Shown here one piece after another: positions 39,624 through 52,132 of a stretch of 64,000 bases of DNA. The DNA comes from Amoebophrya sp. A120. Lineage: Eukaryota; Protista; Dinoflagellata. Both the position numbers and the translations under genes were made by a program. The notes beneath the pieces were generated by a model, which saw only the letters and a program-made list of their open reading frames with translations, did no database searches and had not been told where the DNA came from. Position 1 is the first letter of the stretch. Every line of letters starts with the position of its first letter. The stretch is from assembly GCA_905178155.1 (NCBI GenBank), contig CAJINV010000005.1:6059974-6123973 (forward strand). Reading direction: 5' to 3'.

Positions 39624-40862
39624 CTTGCAGAAGCAGTCGTGGCCACGAGGCTACGGAACGATTGTATATTAGCTGTGTCAGAACTCCACTTAGCCGTAGA
39701 CGTCGCTCATCAGCACTCGTCACTCAAACATGCGGTCGCTCTCTCAGAATCGTAAATAAATCGGTCCTGTCAAAAATGGACCTACACACAACTTGGGGAT
39801 CTTTTACCGACATCACGCACACACAACTGTTTTTGCGTGTGACGTCCGCTGGCGCGAACATGACTCCACCGTGGAGCGAGTGCGATCCGCACGTCGCACC
39901 GCTGTTCTTTCGACGACCTACGCAACGCCGGGTTTGTAGTTTTTTTCTTTCTGAGACGAGAAGCAACTGAGGGACAAAAATTTGTTTCGCTTTTTGTTTT
40001 GGAAATTGTCTATGAGGAATGCTGGTTGCGAAACTACTACATTTAGTGGGTGAAGTATATAAAAATGGCCGTCATCGGACAAAGAGTTCTTTGCTAAAAA
40101 GCCGAAGAACTCCTCTACTGCCTAAAAGATTGGAACGTAGTTTATCGCACTACACCACAAAGAGCAGCTAAGTACAACTTCTACACTACAACAGCACTAG
40201 TAGAGCGAGCTCCGCTTTCAATTTCTAAATTCATCCCACGTGGCTGTTTGCGATAGCAGGTTCTAGATTTCGAGTTATCGCGTCGTGAAGATCATAAGAA
40301 AACCTATAATCAATCTTGTCTTCACACCTGTTCGCTACTGCAATAACCAGTGGGACTATGATGAAGAACTACTACCTCCTCGTTTCTAATATGCTAGTGT
40401 CTACAACCTCTACACCACTGCGACAAACAGGGATACTGCTTGCGAATAGCAGGGATGCGGGGGAAGAAACAAGTAGCTCAGCCCTAGGTGATGAATAAGT
40501 AGCTGCTGCCGCCCTTCTCACAACTACAGCTGTCGTTTGAGTTGCTTTTGGCTTGGGGCCTAGCAGGTTTTTCGGAATGGAAAAATTTCTAAAATTGAAG
40601 TAGTTAGACTCGGTGATATGCATGTCTGACAATGCACTTATCCAGAAGGACAAGAATGGCTTCGAAGATAAGTGTGATAATTATGCAAAATTGTAATTCA
40701 GAAAAAAGTGTGTATTGTTGTTGTAAATTGAAAAAAATGTAACTAAGTAAAAACGGTAGTACAAAAAGAGTACTTAGCTGCAATAAATTTGAACGGACTG
40801 AACCCCAGTACCAAAAATCGAACAATCTATGATCTATCCATGACATGTTGACCAGAAAATCA

Positions 40863-42328
40863 TCATACCCAGTTATGCGCCCCGTCGTAGTCGATCGTCA
40901 TTTCGCTTTCCTTCCTCCCCAGTAGCGTATTTGCGGCTTTGCTCTTGATGTAAAAGTAGATGAAGTCCGATAATATGAGCAGGTTAAAAAACTCCGTGGC
41001 AGTCGCCATGTTGTGGTTGTGTGGTGACCAGCCGTTCACCGTTGGGAAGAGCAGCCAGAAGGTAAGGGTGCAGAATTTTGCTATACCCTGGAACATGAGG
41101 AAGTCACCGAGAAGCACCGGAATCTTCTTTGTCTTGTACAGCATCAGGAGTTGGGGGAGGACGGACATAATCTGTAAGTGGTTTTTTGGTGGTGGGAATC
41201 ATTCGGACTGAGAAACAGAAATTGAAAGCAGCAAAAACTTTTCGTTGTTGCATGATAGAAACAGACACAGATGAATGTCTTTTCAAAAAGGAAGTAGAGT
41301 ATAAAAACTTCGTACATCTGCATGACAAAATCACTTCAAATTTCTCCGTATAAGTACTATACCTGAACAATCTCGCAAATGCTGCAGAGCATGCACAAAG
41401 AGAACGCGAATGGCACGTCCCCATCCGCCGTGATGATCGAGCACCTCGTGACTGACCAGAAACAGGCCACAATCGCGGAAAACACCAGCAAGCCCCCGAA
41501 CTGGACGAACAACGTGTCGTGGTATTGTTTGGGTAAAATCCGCTTCAGAAACGCCCGGCCGAAGACGTCATCCGCAAAATCTTCTTTAATCGAATTACTG
41601 ACACAATACAAAGCAACGGTGGTGACCACCCCCATAAACACCGCAAACCCGTCCACGATCAAGTAGATGAACGGGGGAAAAACCTCCGGGGAATAGTGGA
41701 TCCCGAAAATGTGACTGCAGGAATGGAGACACCGGCCCGCGGCGAACCCGAGAAAAGACTGGAGGGACACACCCCTCGGCCCGCGTCGTTTTACCGAATG
41801 GAAGACGCAGTAGAAGGCGAAAAACCCGCAAACGTCGGAGACCAGGATGAGAAAGTCGAGGAAAAGGAGGCCGAAAAAGGACGGTGGCGGCTCGTCTTCC
41901 TCCTCATGCTGCTGTTCTTGCTCCGCTGGCTTTTCTGATGTTGCTGGTGTTGCTTTGCCGAGAAGCTGATGCGCCTGGTAGAGTATCACATGCAAAAATG
42001 TCTGGATCTGGAAGATTGCGAGATTTGTCATGCTTGTTTGGCATGACAAAAAAGTTTGTGATGCGTGTCGAAGAAGAGACACTTCCGCCTGTCATGCAAA
42101 AACGCAGCTTCTCATGCGAAAAACGCAACACAAAGAACTGCAGATTTTTTTCATGCTTGGCTCTGCAGCATTACAGAGCACTCACTATTTTTCCCAAGAC
42201 AGCACTACAAGTTTCCAGACCCAGACATTTGTACAACCCATATAGAGGGTGATCAGGAGGGGGAGAACCCGCTGGGCGAGCCGCCTGCTCGTCGTGGCAG
42301 TAGAGATCATACTGCGGGGGGAGAGCAT
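40863..42328 (-). CDS. ER lumen protein-retaining receptor (ERD2/KDEL receptor)-like membrane protein
   Basis: GVSLQS, SVLPQL and ILSDFIYFY motifs with several TM segments. One introner and a GT-AG intron at 41172-41362. Confidence 0.75.
41984..42242. mobile_element. Introner family A
   Basis: TSD tagag; ITLY|QA. Confidence 0.92.
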
Positions 42329-44672
42329 CTTCAGCTTCTGTTGTAGGAAGTCGTGGATGAGAAACTACGATGCTTCAAAATTACAGCTGGGGTTCTTACT
42401 AGTACATACAGCTACCGAGGATTTTAGGATTTTTACACAGGAACAAGGACAAGGTTCAGAATAGGGGACAAGAATAAACTATTTCCGGGTGGAAAAAGTC
42501 AAATTCTTGCTGTGTTGAGGTTGTATCATAGAAGAAGTGTGAAGTGGAAAAAAGTGTTTTCTTTCTTACGTTCATGTACGTCGCAGACGACAAGACTACA
42601 AAGCAACGAGAAGTGGTGGACGATCACGACGTCGTAGTACACGAGCGATGAATTCCTACTGGACGAGTTCATTATAATTCATCCTGCTGAAGAACGAACC
42701 GACTGTACAACCAGAGCAAGGAAAATCAGACGATAAACTCAGGCTGTACGAGGAAAATCCGATGAACTTAGTTGCTGCACGAAAACTACATGTTGCTGCA
42801 CGAAAACTACATAGGCAAAGACGCATTACCGAGGAGTCGACAAGATTCAGATTGTGACATCTCGTTTTGAAAACGCATCATGAACCGATGAGTGGGCAAC
42901 TTGATTTTGGACAAAATTGAAACTGCCTGGTGTCCACACTTCACAGGAATCACGCCTGCGAACCGACAAGAGGAGCTGCTTCTAGGCGAGTGAATCGCGG
43001 TACATGAGAAGAACAGACCACCACTCGAAGTGATGCACATTGAGGGCTCAAGTTTCCTACAGGGGCAAAGGTAAAGCTTCACTTGTTTTTCTTCTTTCAT
43101 CAAATTACTGCTTCAAAGCCATTCTTCACAATCAACAAGCCTCCTAGAAGCACAAGAAGCTCACGTCGTTTGGTCTTGCGCACACAGCGCCCCCTTCGTG
43201 AAAAACGATGACATCAATGCTTTTGGTCTTGCGGTGAATAAGATGACAGGTTCTTTGTAGTCAGGCAGAAATCTCATGAGTTTGTAATGCTCAGTGCGCA
43301 TGCCCCGCGTGGAAGCAACACTCACCAAACATAAAAATGCTCATCCTGGCGTTCTACGGCGGTCCTGGAATAGAAGCAACACAACCTTGCCTTTACAATG
43401 CATGGAAGCAAACGTGCTATTGATCAGTATGGCAGAATTCTCCATGTTCCTCAGGGTTCCAAACGGTTTTAACCGCGAAAAACTCGGGAAGAACCGCGAA
43501 GTAGGAAGGTAACATCCTTTTTGTTATGCTAGTAACGACCAATACCAACAATAGCATGGCAGAATCAAGCAGGCATAGCAAAAACACATCTCAGAAATCT
43601 CATGTAGACAAAGGTTGGACGGTTCAGCGAGAGCGCTCTGCGGAGAGCAAAACACCCCCTCACGACCTGATCCGATGGAGATTTCATCCTAGCTTCAGTT
43701 CAAGTTCTTTTTCGCTTATCTTCTACGTAGTAATGCGAATGTAACTTTTCGTCGTGCTGTCGCGCAATACAAATATCAGATGTCAATTCCTCCGCAGGCG
43801 GTTGAATGTAGCATAGAGCGGAAAAACCGTCCGCTTAACGCCGGTATCCAGTGCAATAGGAGAAACCACAGCACAAGATAGACATTCCAAAGTTCCTCAT
43901 CATTTACATTTTGTTGTAGTGGAATCATACATGACGTTGACAAGGTCATTTACATTTTTTCGTGCGGAAACTAGCATGAGAAACGGAACATCAATTTGCC
44001 TTGTTCCAATGCCGCCCTGTGCCGCTAGGTTATTGAGAAAAATCCTACCAGCTACACAAAGGCCTGAAAATTTTTTATTGCGCTGAATGAATCCCGCAGT
44101 CACACGAAGAAGTGGTGAAAACGGGCTAGTAATAGCGCTGATTTCGTCGTACTCGGAAGGAGGATCGAATCGTCGTACTCAGAAAGCGATTTTCACATCG
44201 TGCACATGAGATCGTAGTCGTACTCGTAGAACACTTCATCTTGCGGATTAATACAGAATAAAGGTTTACTAGGTAGAAGTGCATGTGATCGCAAGGTGTG
44301 TGCGCCGCAAGGGAAGTCTTCAGAAGGGGAGATCCATCGGAGAATACGATAGTGGAAAAAAACTCGGAAGAGATTGTGAGCAAAGATGCGGCAGCGGACG
44401 CGAAGCGGTACTGAACTGGTCGTGGAGCACGGCGGAATCGGAACAGTCAAACAAGCGTAGCCGCCAGCTTGCCGCACAAGTCTCTGGTCGGGCGCCTCAC
44501 GAACGGCGCAATTATACAAACACAGAAGGGAGAATTCTCGTTCAACAGCTGCACGCCCTTGCAGGAATACAACGGAAAATAGCGTCAGTCTAGTGCTTGC
44601 AATACAACAAATTCGTCTGTTCAGAAAAGATGAGTGCTACCACCACCTTCAAGATAGACACCTTGAGTGCAC

Positions 44673-44827
44673 TATGAACTGCAAAAGTATCGCACTCGTA
44701 TAAATGCATTAGCATTACAGATTTCCTCAGCATGAGAAACATAATTTGTCATGCTGTTTTACCGTGGGATGGAGATTTGTAATGCATAGCTGCAATGGGT
44801 ACGAGTACGACACTTTTGCAGTTCATA
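44673..44827. mobile_element. Family B element, host gene unclear
   Basis: TIR tatgaactgcaaaagt; TSD tgcac. Confidence 0.92.
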
Positions 44828-45177
44828 TGCACCACACCACTCCCGTGATCCTCGTATTCGTTCGGCCAAACGCACATCTTGGTGAAATTTGGCATGCCAG
44901 CCAGCACCGCAGCGCCCTTCCACACCACCTGTGAAGGTTTATTTAGTGCTGGGGATCGATGACGACGAGGTGCAACAGTTTGCCATGCGATATCTGCATT
45001 TCTTCTTTCTCATGCTGACAACTATGCTATTGTGTAAGCTAAAGCTTTTGTCAGAAAGGACGCCACAAGGGTTTTTTCATCACAATTTGCATTGCAAATA
45101 AGACAAAGCATTGCGAATCGATATGTGGTTCATCATGGTGAGTGCGCATGACAGGCACGCCGAATGTAGCCAGATAC

Positions 45178-45625
45178 TATCAGGAGGGGAATCCATCTTG
45201 CATCATCTCCATCACAGCCGAGAGGCCGCAACGAATCATGACAAAGCATTGCGATATAAAGGACGAGTCATCATGAATTATTCTGGCCTTAGATTGTTGT
45301 GCACGCAGTGTTGCTCTGGGTCAAAGTGCGCGAATTCACAGACGATTAGTATGCCACAGAGTCAGGAGGGGAATCCATTTTACATCACCTCTGCACAAGA
45401 CTTGCATCATGCGCAAATCATGACAAAGCATTGCGATATAAGAGGACGAGTCATCACGATAGTGGCAAAACTAGAAGACCTGGAGGAGAAATTGAGGTTA
45501 CATATAGACGACTTATGTAGAACTATCAGGAGGGGAATCCTATTTTGCATCAACTTTGCCTTGATCAATACAACCAAATGCAAATCATGACAAAGCATTG
45601 CGATATAAGAGGACGAGTCATCATA
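45178..45625. repeat. Three ~100-bp repeats with unique spacers
   Basis: tcaggagggg(g)aatcc...catgacaaagcattgcgatataa(g)aggacgagtcatca at 45178, 45360 and 45524. Confidence 0.85.
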
Positions 45626-46491
45626 GGAGGTCGACGCTGTACTAGGGACTCATATAACACACCACAGCATGATGAGACATAAAGTTTGTAGTGCGGATTT
45701 ACCTTAGAAAAAGGATTTGTGATGCATGATCGCAATTGCATAATTTGATCAGAAGCTAATACTTGCCAAAAGAGTTCTCGACATTCTTCTCTTCCGAAAG
45801 GAACGTGAAAAGTTTATCATCATGGTAGCTTCTCATGCGGAGCGCTGCATGGCAGACGGGTACTGTATTGCACAAAAGCGATGTCATTAAATCTGTCAGA
45901 CAAGGCTGAAACTGTTTTGAGATGTTTCGTCACGATAGGAGTCGCCTCCAGTCGGATCTACTATCTAATTCATTGTGTCATCATGGAGTGAGTGCTGTGC
46001 ATGGAAGATGTACAAGTGACGGCTTCTAGGTGGACGTGGAAACAGAAATATTGGATTGGGCTTCCTTATGATCAGACATACGGACAGCAGAACTGTCCGG
46101 CGGATCGCTTACTCTGCACGGGCGTGGCACAAAACCGCGCCCAGAACTAAGTGCGAATGGCTCAGAAAATCCAGAAGTCATCATAGGGTCGCGCGTTTCC
46201 GTTTCAGGCCGCGTGATGTGAACTAATGCAAATACAAACACAGCATGGCGAAAAATATCCTCGAAAAGAAGTAGTCTTTATCAGGTTTTCAGTTTTGTCG
46301 TGTAAAGAATTCTTCACGGACAAAAGACAGCGTTACTAACGCCCCCTTTCAAATCTACAGAAAAAGGGTGTTGTGTAAATTGATCATCATAGTGACAACA
46401 CTTCTTTCGAGGAAATCAAGAACATTAGCATTTGCCATGCTAGAAAGCGCTACTGGAGGTCTACTTGTGATGCAAAATCTGCAATGAATAG

Positions 46492-49400
46492 TCAGAGGTA
46501 ATCGAAAGTTTTGTCCTCAGCTGCCCTGGGCGAACAGGGCTCGGATCTAGTAGCTGATTTGAATTCCTCATCATAGTGAAAAATTTCAACTTTGTAATGC
46601 GTCACGAGGTAGAGAATAATGCTCTGTAGTGCAGCAGTAGCATGTGAACTTATCAGAATTGCAGACGACCAAAAGTAGTTGTCCCTCAGATATAGGTCCG
46701 TAGAAGCAAGAACTGATGAAAGCCCGGTCAAGGGACACCAGAATTCGCAACCACAGGACCGTAGATCAGGAAGGATTTGGTTGATGTTGTGCATTCATCA
46801 TAGCATGAGGAATAGATCAGAGCTGGGAGATTCTGCATGACAAAGACAAAGACAAAACAAACAGGTAGAAGTAAAATAAGAAGTAAAGCCAATTTTTATA
46901 CGTATCGCCTCTCGTCCGGTAGTAGCACTCGCGGTTCGCACTTGGACAACCCTGCAGTCAGCTTCACTAGCTCGGATTGCAGCCGGTTTGGTAAGTTCGG
47001 GAACAACGTCGTACCGCCAGAAAGGACAATATTCCGGTACATGTCCTTCCGCAGGTCGATATCGAGCAATTTGATGCACTTCGCTATCTGGTCCGGAAGC
47101 GGAAGGGCTTCGCGACCTGATAGGATAGTACAGCGTAGTTCGTGAAGGTGAACAAATCTGTGTTGCAAGGGAGAAGCGCAGATCTTGATCTACCACCTCT
47201 AGGGAAGGTGCCACATGACATCAACTAGGCGAAATTATACGTTTATATCACAAACTGTCAGTCCTATCGATTCTTCAGTAAAGTCCACACCTTAGCAACG
47301 CGAAGCCGCTTGATTTCGGTTGCCAAGCGTTCAAAAACATCTCATCATGATTTTGTGTTGTTCCTGATCCTGATTCCGCACGACAAGCGCACGCCGTGCA
47401 ATCTATGCAATACAAGTCTTTGTCAGTCCTATCGATTCTTCAATACCAGTCCGCATGAGGCAACGCAAAGTTGCCTTTGGTTGCCAAGCGTTCAAAAACA
47501 TTTCATCATGATAATGCCGTTTGCGCACGAGAAAATATCACACCCCAACACTTCCAGCATGACAAAGTCACAGTGACAGTGGTAAAGTAACATTAAGTAC
47601 CTATCAGCATTGGCTGGAACAATGGCTCTGGCGTCATAAACCGTTCCTCATTGAGCGTGACCGTATTGCCATCCGGCATCACAAATTCCATTTCCACCGA
47701 ACCATCCGTAGCAGCTTTCGCTTTTTCCTGCTGCAGATCAAGCGCAACCTGTATTGCATTTCTCGTGTGACAGATCTGATTTGTGATGATTCTGGATGAT
47801 CATGAGATCGTGGTCTTTGCAGTAGCAACATTGTATTCCCTTGATAGTGATGCGACTCCTAATTTTTTCTATAGGTAAGTCGACCGTGGAGAGAGAAGTT
47901 GGGTTTCCGCTTCAACCGGCATCCCAATCGACTATTTGCCATGCGAAAAGCAATGACAGCACGTCATTGAAAGGAATGTTTGACAAATGAAGCGATAGTG
48001 ATCTTCTGACAGCTGATCTTGATTCGGTCTGATTTCTCTTGCTGAGATCGCACTTACTTTGATCAGAAGAACCGCGACCACCCACCTAGGCGGGAACGAA
48101 GACAAGACAGCTGCACTGCAGAAGGGATGTTGAAACTGTAGCCTCATCGTCATCTCTATTAGATCATAATACTAGATCGTCGTGTTTCTCACAAAGAAAG
48201 ATGCTCGAAGTAGTAAGAGGAAAAATCCCCCCTCCCCATATTGAAAAGGCATGTTTGCGAAAATTTGTGTTGCTGATTTGAGGTCACAAATCAGATCTGT
48301 TTTGCAAGAAGACAAGGGCAGAAGCTTCCGCCCCATTATGGAAGCGGTTTCTCATGCTGTTGGGCATAAAGGGGAGCCGCTTACCATGCTGAACAACTAG
48401 ACGCATACGCCCCTACCTAGCTTGGGGATCTGACCGCAATGCCTTCCTGCAATACAAAGCTGATTTGTGTACTCAAATCCAGCATCAGGAATTTCGTTTT
48501 GATATGGGGAGGGGGGATTTTTCCTTTTGATACGAAGCGCTATGTTTCAAGGGCGCTGCACCATGGCGTTGTCAGAAGTTGTTCTACGCGTCACAATGCA
48601 CACAAGTATCGCACTCGTCATTCATTCATTCATTCAGCACATGTGTATCCGTTTCGTTTTTTGAGTATTCTCTTGTTCTCAATTCTTCTTCCGGATGTAC
48701 ATACGCGCGTAGTTTAATTTAGACTTCTAGTATCGCACTCGTATAAATGCATTACAAATACAAAATTCCTCAGCATGAGAAATAATATTTGTAATGCGCA
48801 TTTGACTTAACAAAAAGATTTGTAATGTATGATTGCAATACGAATACGATACTTTTGCACAGGATATAGATCGTGTTTCTCACAAAGAAAGATGCTCGAA
48901 GCGCTATGTTTCTCAAGCGCTGCACCATGGCGTTGTCAGAAGTTTTTCTACGCGTTACAATGCACCCAGAATCCGATAATCGCGGAAAAAGGCGCTTGAC
49001 GAATAACGCGATGATGTTAAGTAGTTGAGCGCAGCCGGCTCGACGGTGCTTTGCCTGTCCGTCCGTGCGAAGGCATTGTAGTGACCTGCAGAGCCACAGG
49101 CGCAAGGCAAAGGCGATAGACCACAATTACTACTTAGGATCCGCTGTACGCGTGACGCGAACGGGTGCACCGGAAGAGGAGCAGATGATCCGATCGCCCA
49201 AAGCAGCTCGGCCCCACAGGATAGCGTGACCTACCCGTCTTTATAGGCCAGCGAACTGGGCGGGCACCGGCATCTGCGAATGCGAAAAGTGTCACACGAC
49301 CATGCGCACTCCGTGGGCGCCAAGAGGAGAGTGGACGAGCACAGCAGTGGGAGTGGTAGTAGATCTGCAAAACACCGCGAGCGAAATGAACCAACTGAAA

Positions 49401-51100
49401 CTACTGATGCTGTTGAAGGAACAAATACAAAGCAGCTGTTGATAACAAAATCTATACGTAGCAGCACTCCTCCTTGATTTTCCCGAGAATATCCTTCTCA
49501 CTGGACGATACAAACGAAAACCCCCGCTTCGTCATTAGCGTCTGCAGCCATTCCGTCAGATCCCGCCCGGCTAAGTCTAACCGTTGGACCGCGTGGGGGA
49601 AGGAATACCCCTCAAAGATCGGCACGATATGCGTCACCCCGTCGCCAGAGTCGACCACAACCCCCGTGGTTCTCCCCATCGAGTACAAGGACATGACCGC
49701 CTGGATCACGATGGACACCGCTAAGACGTGGAAGTTATCAAACAGAATCTCCAGCATCCGCTCCCGATTTTTCTTCGGGTTCAAAGGCGCTTCGGTTAGG
49801 AGAACCGCGTATTCGCTTGGCTCGATCCGAATTTCGTTGTAGAAAAGGTGGGCGTATGGACGGGAAGGGGACTCTCGAGAGGCTCTTGTGGTCTTCCGCA
49901 GGATGCGAAGAACATCTTGGACACTTCTGCAAGGTGCTGCGACAGGTTCGTGTGGCCTGTAGGCAGCTGATTTCTAGCAGTGCACTTGTGCTGTGCTGGT
50001 GCACAAACACTAAGACGACATGACAACACTCTGCATGACAGGGTGCGCAACAAGAACAGCCACCGGACTACATTCTCTTCATACTCGCCAAATCTTCTCC
50101 ATGTGGTCCCAGTCCGTCACGATGCCGTGGGAAATCGCTTCATCCAAGAGAGGGACTTGTGATGCGGTCATGAAGCACTTGGCTGCTGTGAAGAAATCGC
50201 ACTACAACATGGTCCACGCTTTCAATTTCAAAAATGCTAGACGTCTCCGTGCTGGGGGGGGGGGCAGCGTCAAGCTACATACAACAGCTCCCCTGCTGCA
50301 TAGACAAGTGGCACTTCAACTTCTTCATAGCATACCATTGCTGCAAGTTCACGCATCACAAACGTTTCTCCATTCCATAGGGGTAGAAGAACTCGGAGAT
50401 CCCTCGCTTCTGCACGGCATCAGACCTTTGTTTTGGCGGAATATAGAAAGGTGCTCGGAGTCGCATATCCACTAGCTTGTTTCGTCCGTAATGTAATCAT
50501 GCAACGTGCAGAACTAACAATGGCGTGGCTCGCAACGTATAATGTTTGAAGACTGTATCAGTGAGGACACCATACAAGCTGTTGTAGTAGAACAAACTAG
50601 TATATACACCCGATGAAGTAAGCCGTGGACCCGCTCGACCCGCCACCCGTACTTGAGCAATATGGGCAAAGAAGCTTGTGATGAATGAGGCCATGCCCAA
50701 CCACATCATGCGCATTGCGCAGCACGAACGATAACGAAGTTTTCATATAGCGTGCATCAGAAGCTAGCTAGTAGCACTTACACAACAGCAAAACGGCCTT
50801 CTTGCATGAAAGATCTTCGTCACCTCATCTATCAACTTCTTTCTCCCAGCATACACCCGCCGCCGCCCCAAGCACCATCTGCTGCTTCGTTTTCGGTTTT
50901 GCCAGAACGTTTGGCATGACCACCGTTGGCGCGGAGTCCGTGATCAGACCGGCTTTGATGTGACCCGTTCCATTGTCGACCACGCAGACGGGGAACAACT
51001 GGGAAGATTCTGCGAAACTGTTTCCTTGTTGCCCAGCAGATAATTCTGGCGCTCGGCCGTCGGCGAACGGAGGACGCACTGCGGGGTTCGTTTCTGGCAT
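46492..51100 (-). CDS. Divergent actin / actin-related protein in many exons; some junctions and the 3' end unresolved
   Basis: [81 protein letters not shown] introns at 47749-49457 and 47117-47600. Confidence 0.85.
47256..47512. repeat. ~90-bp diverged direct duplication inside an actin intron
   Basis: tgtcagtcctatcgattcttca...ggttgccaagcgttcaaaaacat at 47256 and 47421. Confidence 0.8.
48211..48532. mobile_element. Family H element nested in a GT-AG intron, reverse of 30744
   Basis: TSD cgaag; empty paralogous site at 48897-48901. Confidence 0.93.
48730..48866. mobile_element. Truncated family B element
   Basis: Right TIR intact, left TIR tip missing. Confidence 0.75.
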
Positions 51101-52132
51101 GATTTTCTTTCGGTTGATGATGTGTGAGGGGATCTTTCAAGCTCGGTGGTTGCTTGCTCAACACTCTTCAGATGTCCTCTCTCATGATCGGACAAGTTTG
51201 AAGTTCTTCATTTGATCCAAAGGAGATTGAAGGTGACCGCTCGCTGTCAAAAAGAAAATCGCTCCGCTCGATCGTGCAGTCAGCATAGCGAAGCAAGTTG
51301 TTGTATGTTGTGTGATGATCAAGATCCCCAACTCCAGATCTTGCGGCTTTTTTCCACTTAGTAGATCGTGCTCTCTGAAAGTTAACTGGCGCAAAGTAAC
51401 ATCAAAGTTCAAAAACAAACCAGAAGCTCCACCTGCACAACCGCCAAGAAACAAAAAGAAAAGTTTTATTCCGCGGTTGATCCCCTTCTTGCACCTCCCT
51501 CCCGCTGAAGAGCCTTCGTTGGCTGGAAAGACGGGCGAGTTTGCGTCAGACCGCAAACGTTTTCGCGTCCTCGTGATTTTCTTTTCAGAAGGTCGTCTTC
51601 TGAATAAAGTCGGTTTTTCCCGTTTCTTGTGAAGTTGAAGAGCTAAGCAGTTTCCGGTACTTCTGCTTTGTCCTACGACCACACTGCCGGCGCAGGGCGG
51701 TTTCTTTGCGACCAAGTTGGCAAAGGCACGATACTTTTGCTTGCCAATCAAAATCGGTGTCAGCTTGATAGCGGTGGACTTCCTACAGAAAATCATCTCG
51801 AGAATGTCGTCTGAATTTGGAAGTGCTAATAGATACGTAAACGTAAAGAAAAGAACTGGATAGATAACAACTTCAACTTGTTACTGCGGGCGGTTCTAAA
51901 ACTCGTCATTGTGTCGCCATATTGGAAGATCATGCGCCGTGGTCTACACCACGAGCCCACTAAGGAGAAATTCCCGCCTTCGCAGATGGAATTCCATTCC
52001 GTTCAAAAAAAAACTGTGCTAGGGTGAATCTCCGTCCCCTATGAGCGCCGGAAGAAGTTGTGTACCGGCAACATCAACACTGTAGCTCCTCCCGTCTTAC
52101 CAATATCGTGTGCGCGGCTCCCGTGCACGTCC

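Noticed and set aside
42771-42812. 21-bp tandem duplication gttgctgcacgaaaactacat
   Set aside because: Two copies only; ordinary slippage.
45178-45625. CRISPR array
   Set aside because: Only three units, repeats about 100 bp with variable interiors, no cas genes, eukaryotic context.
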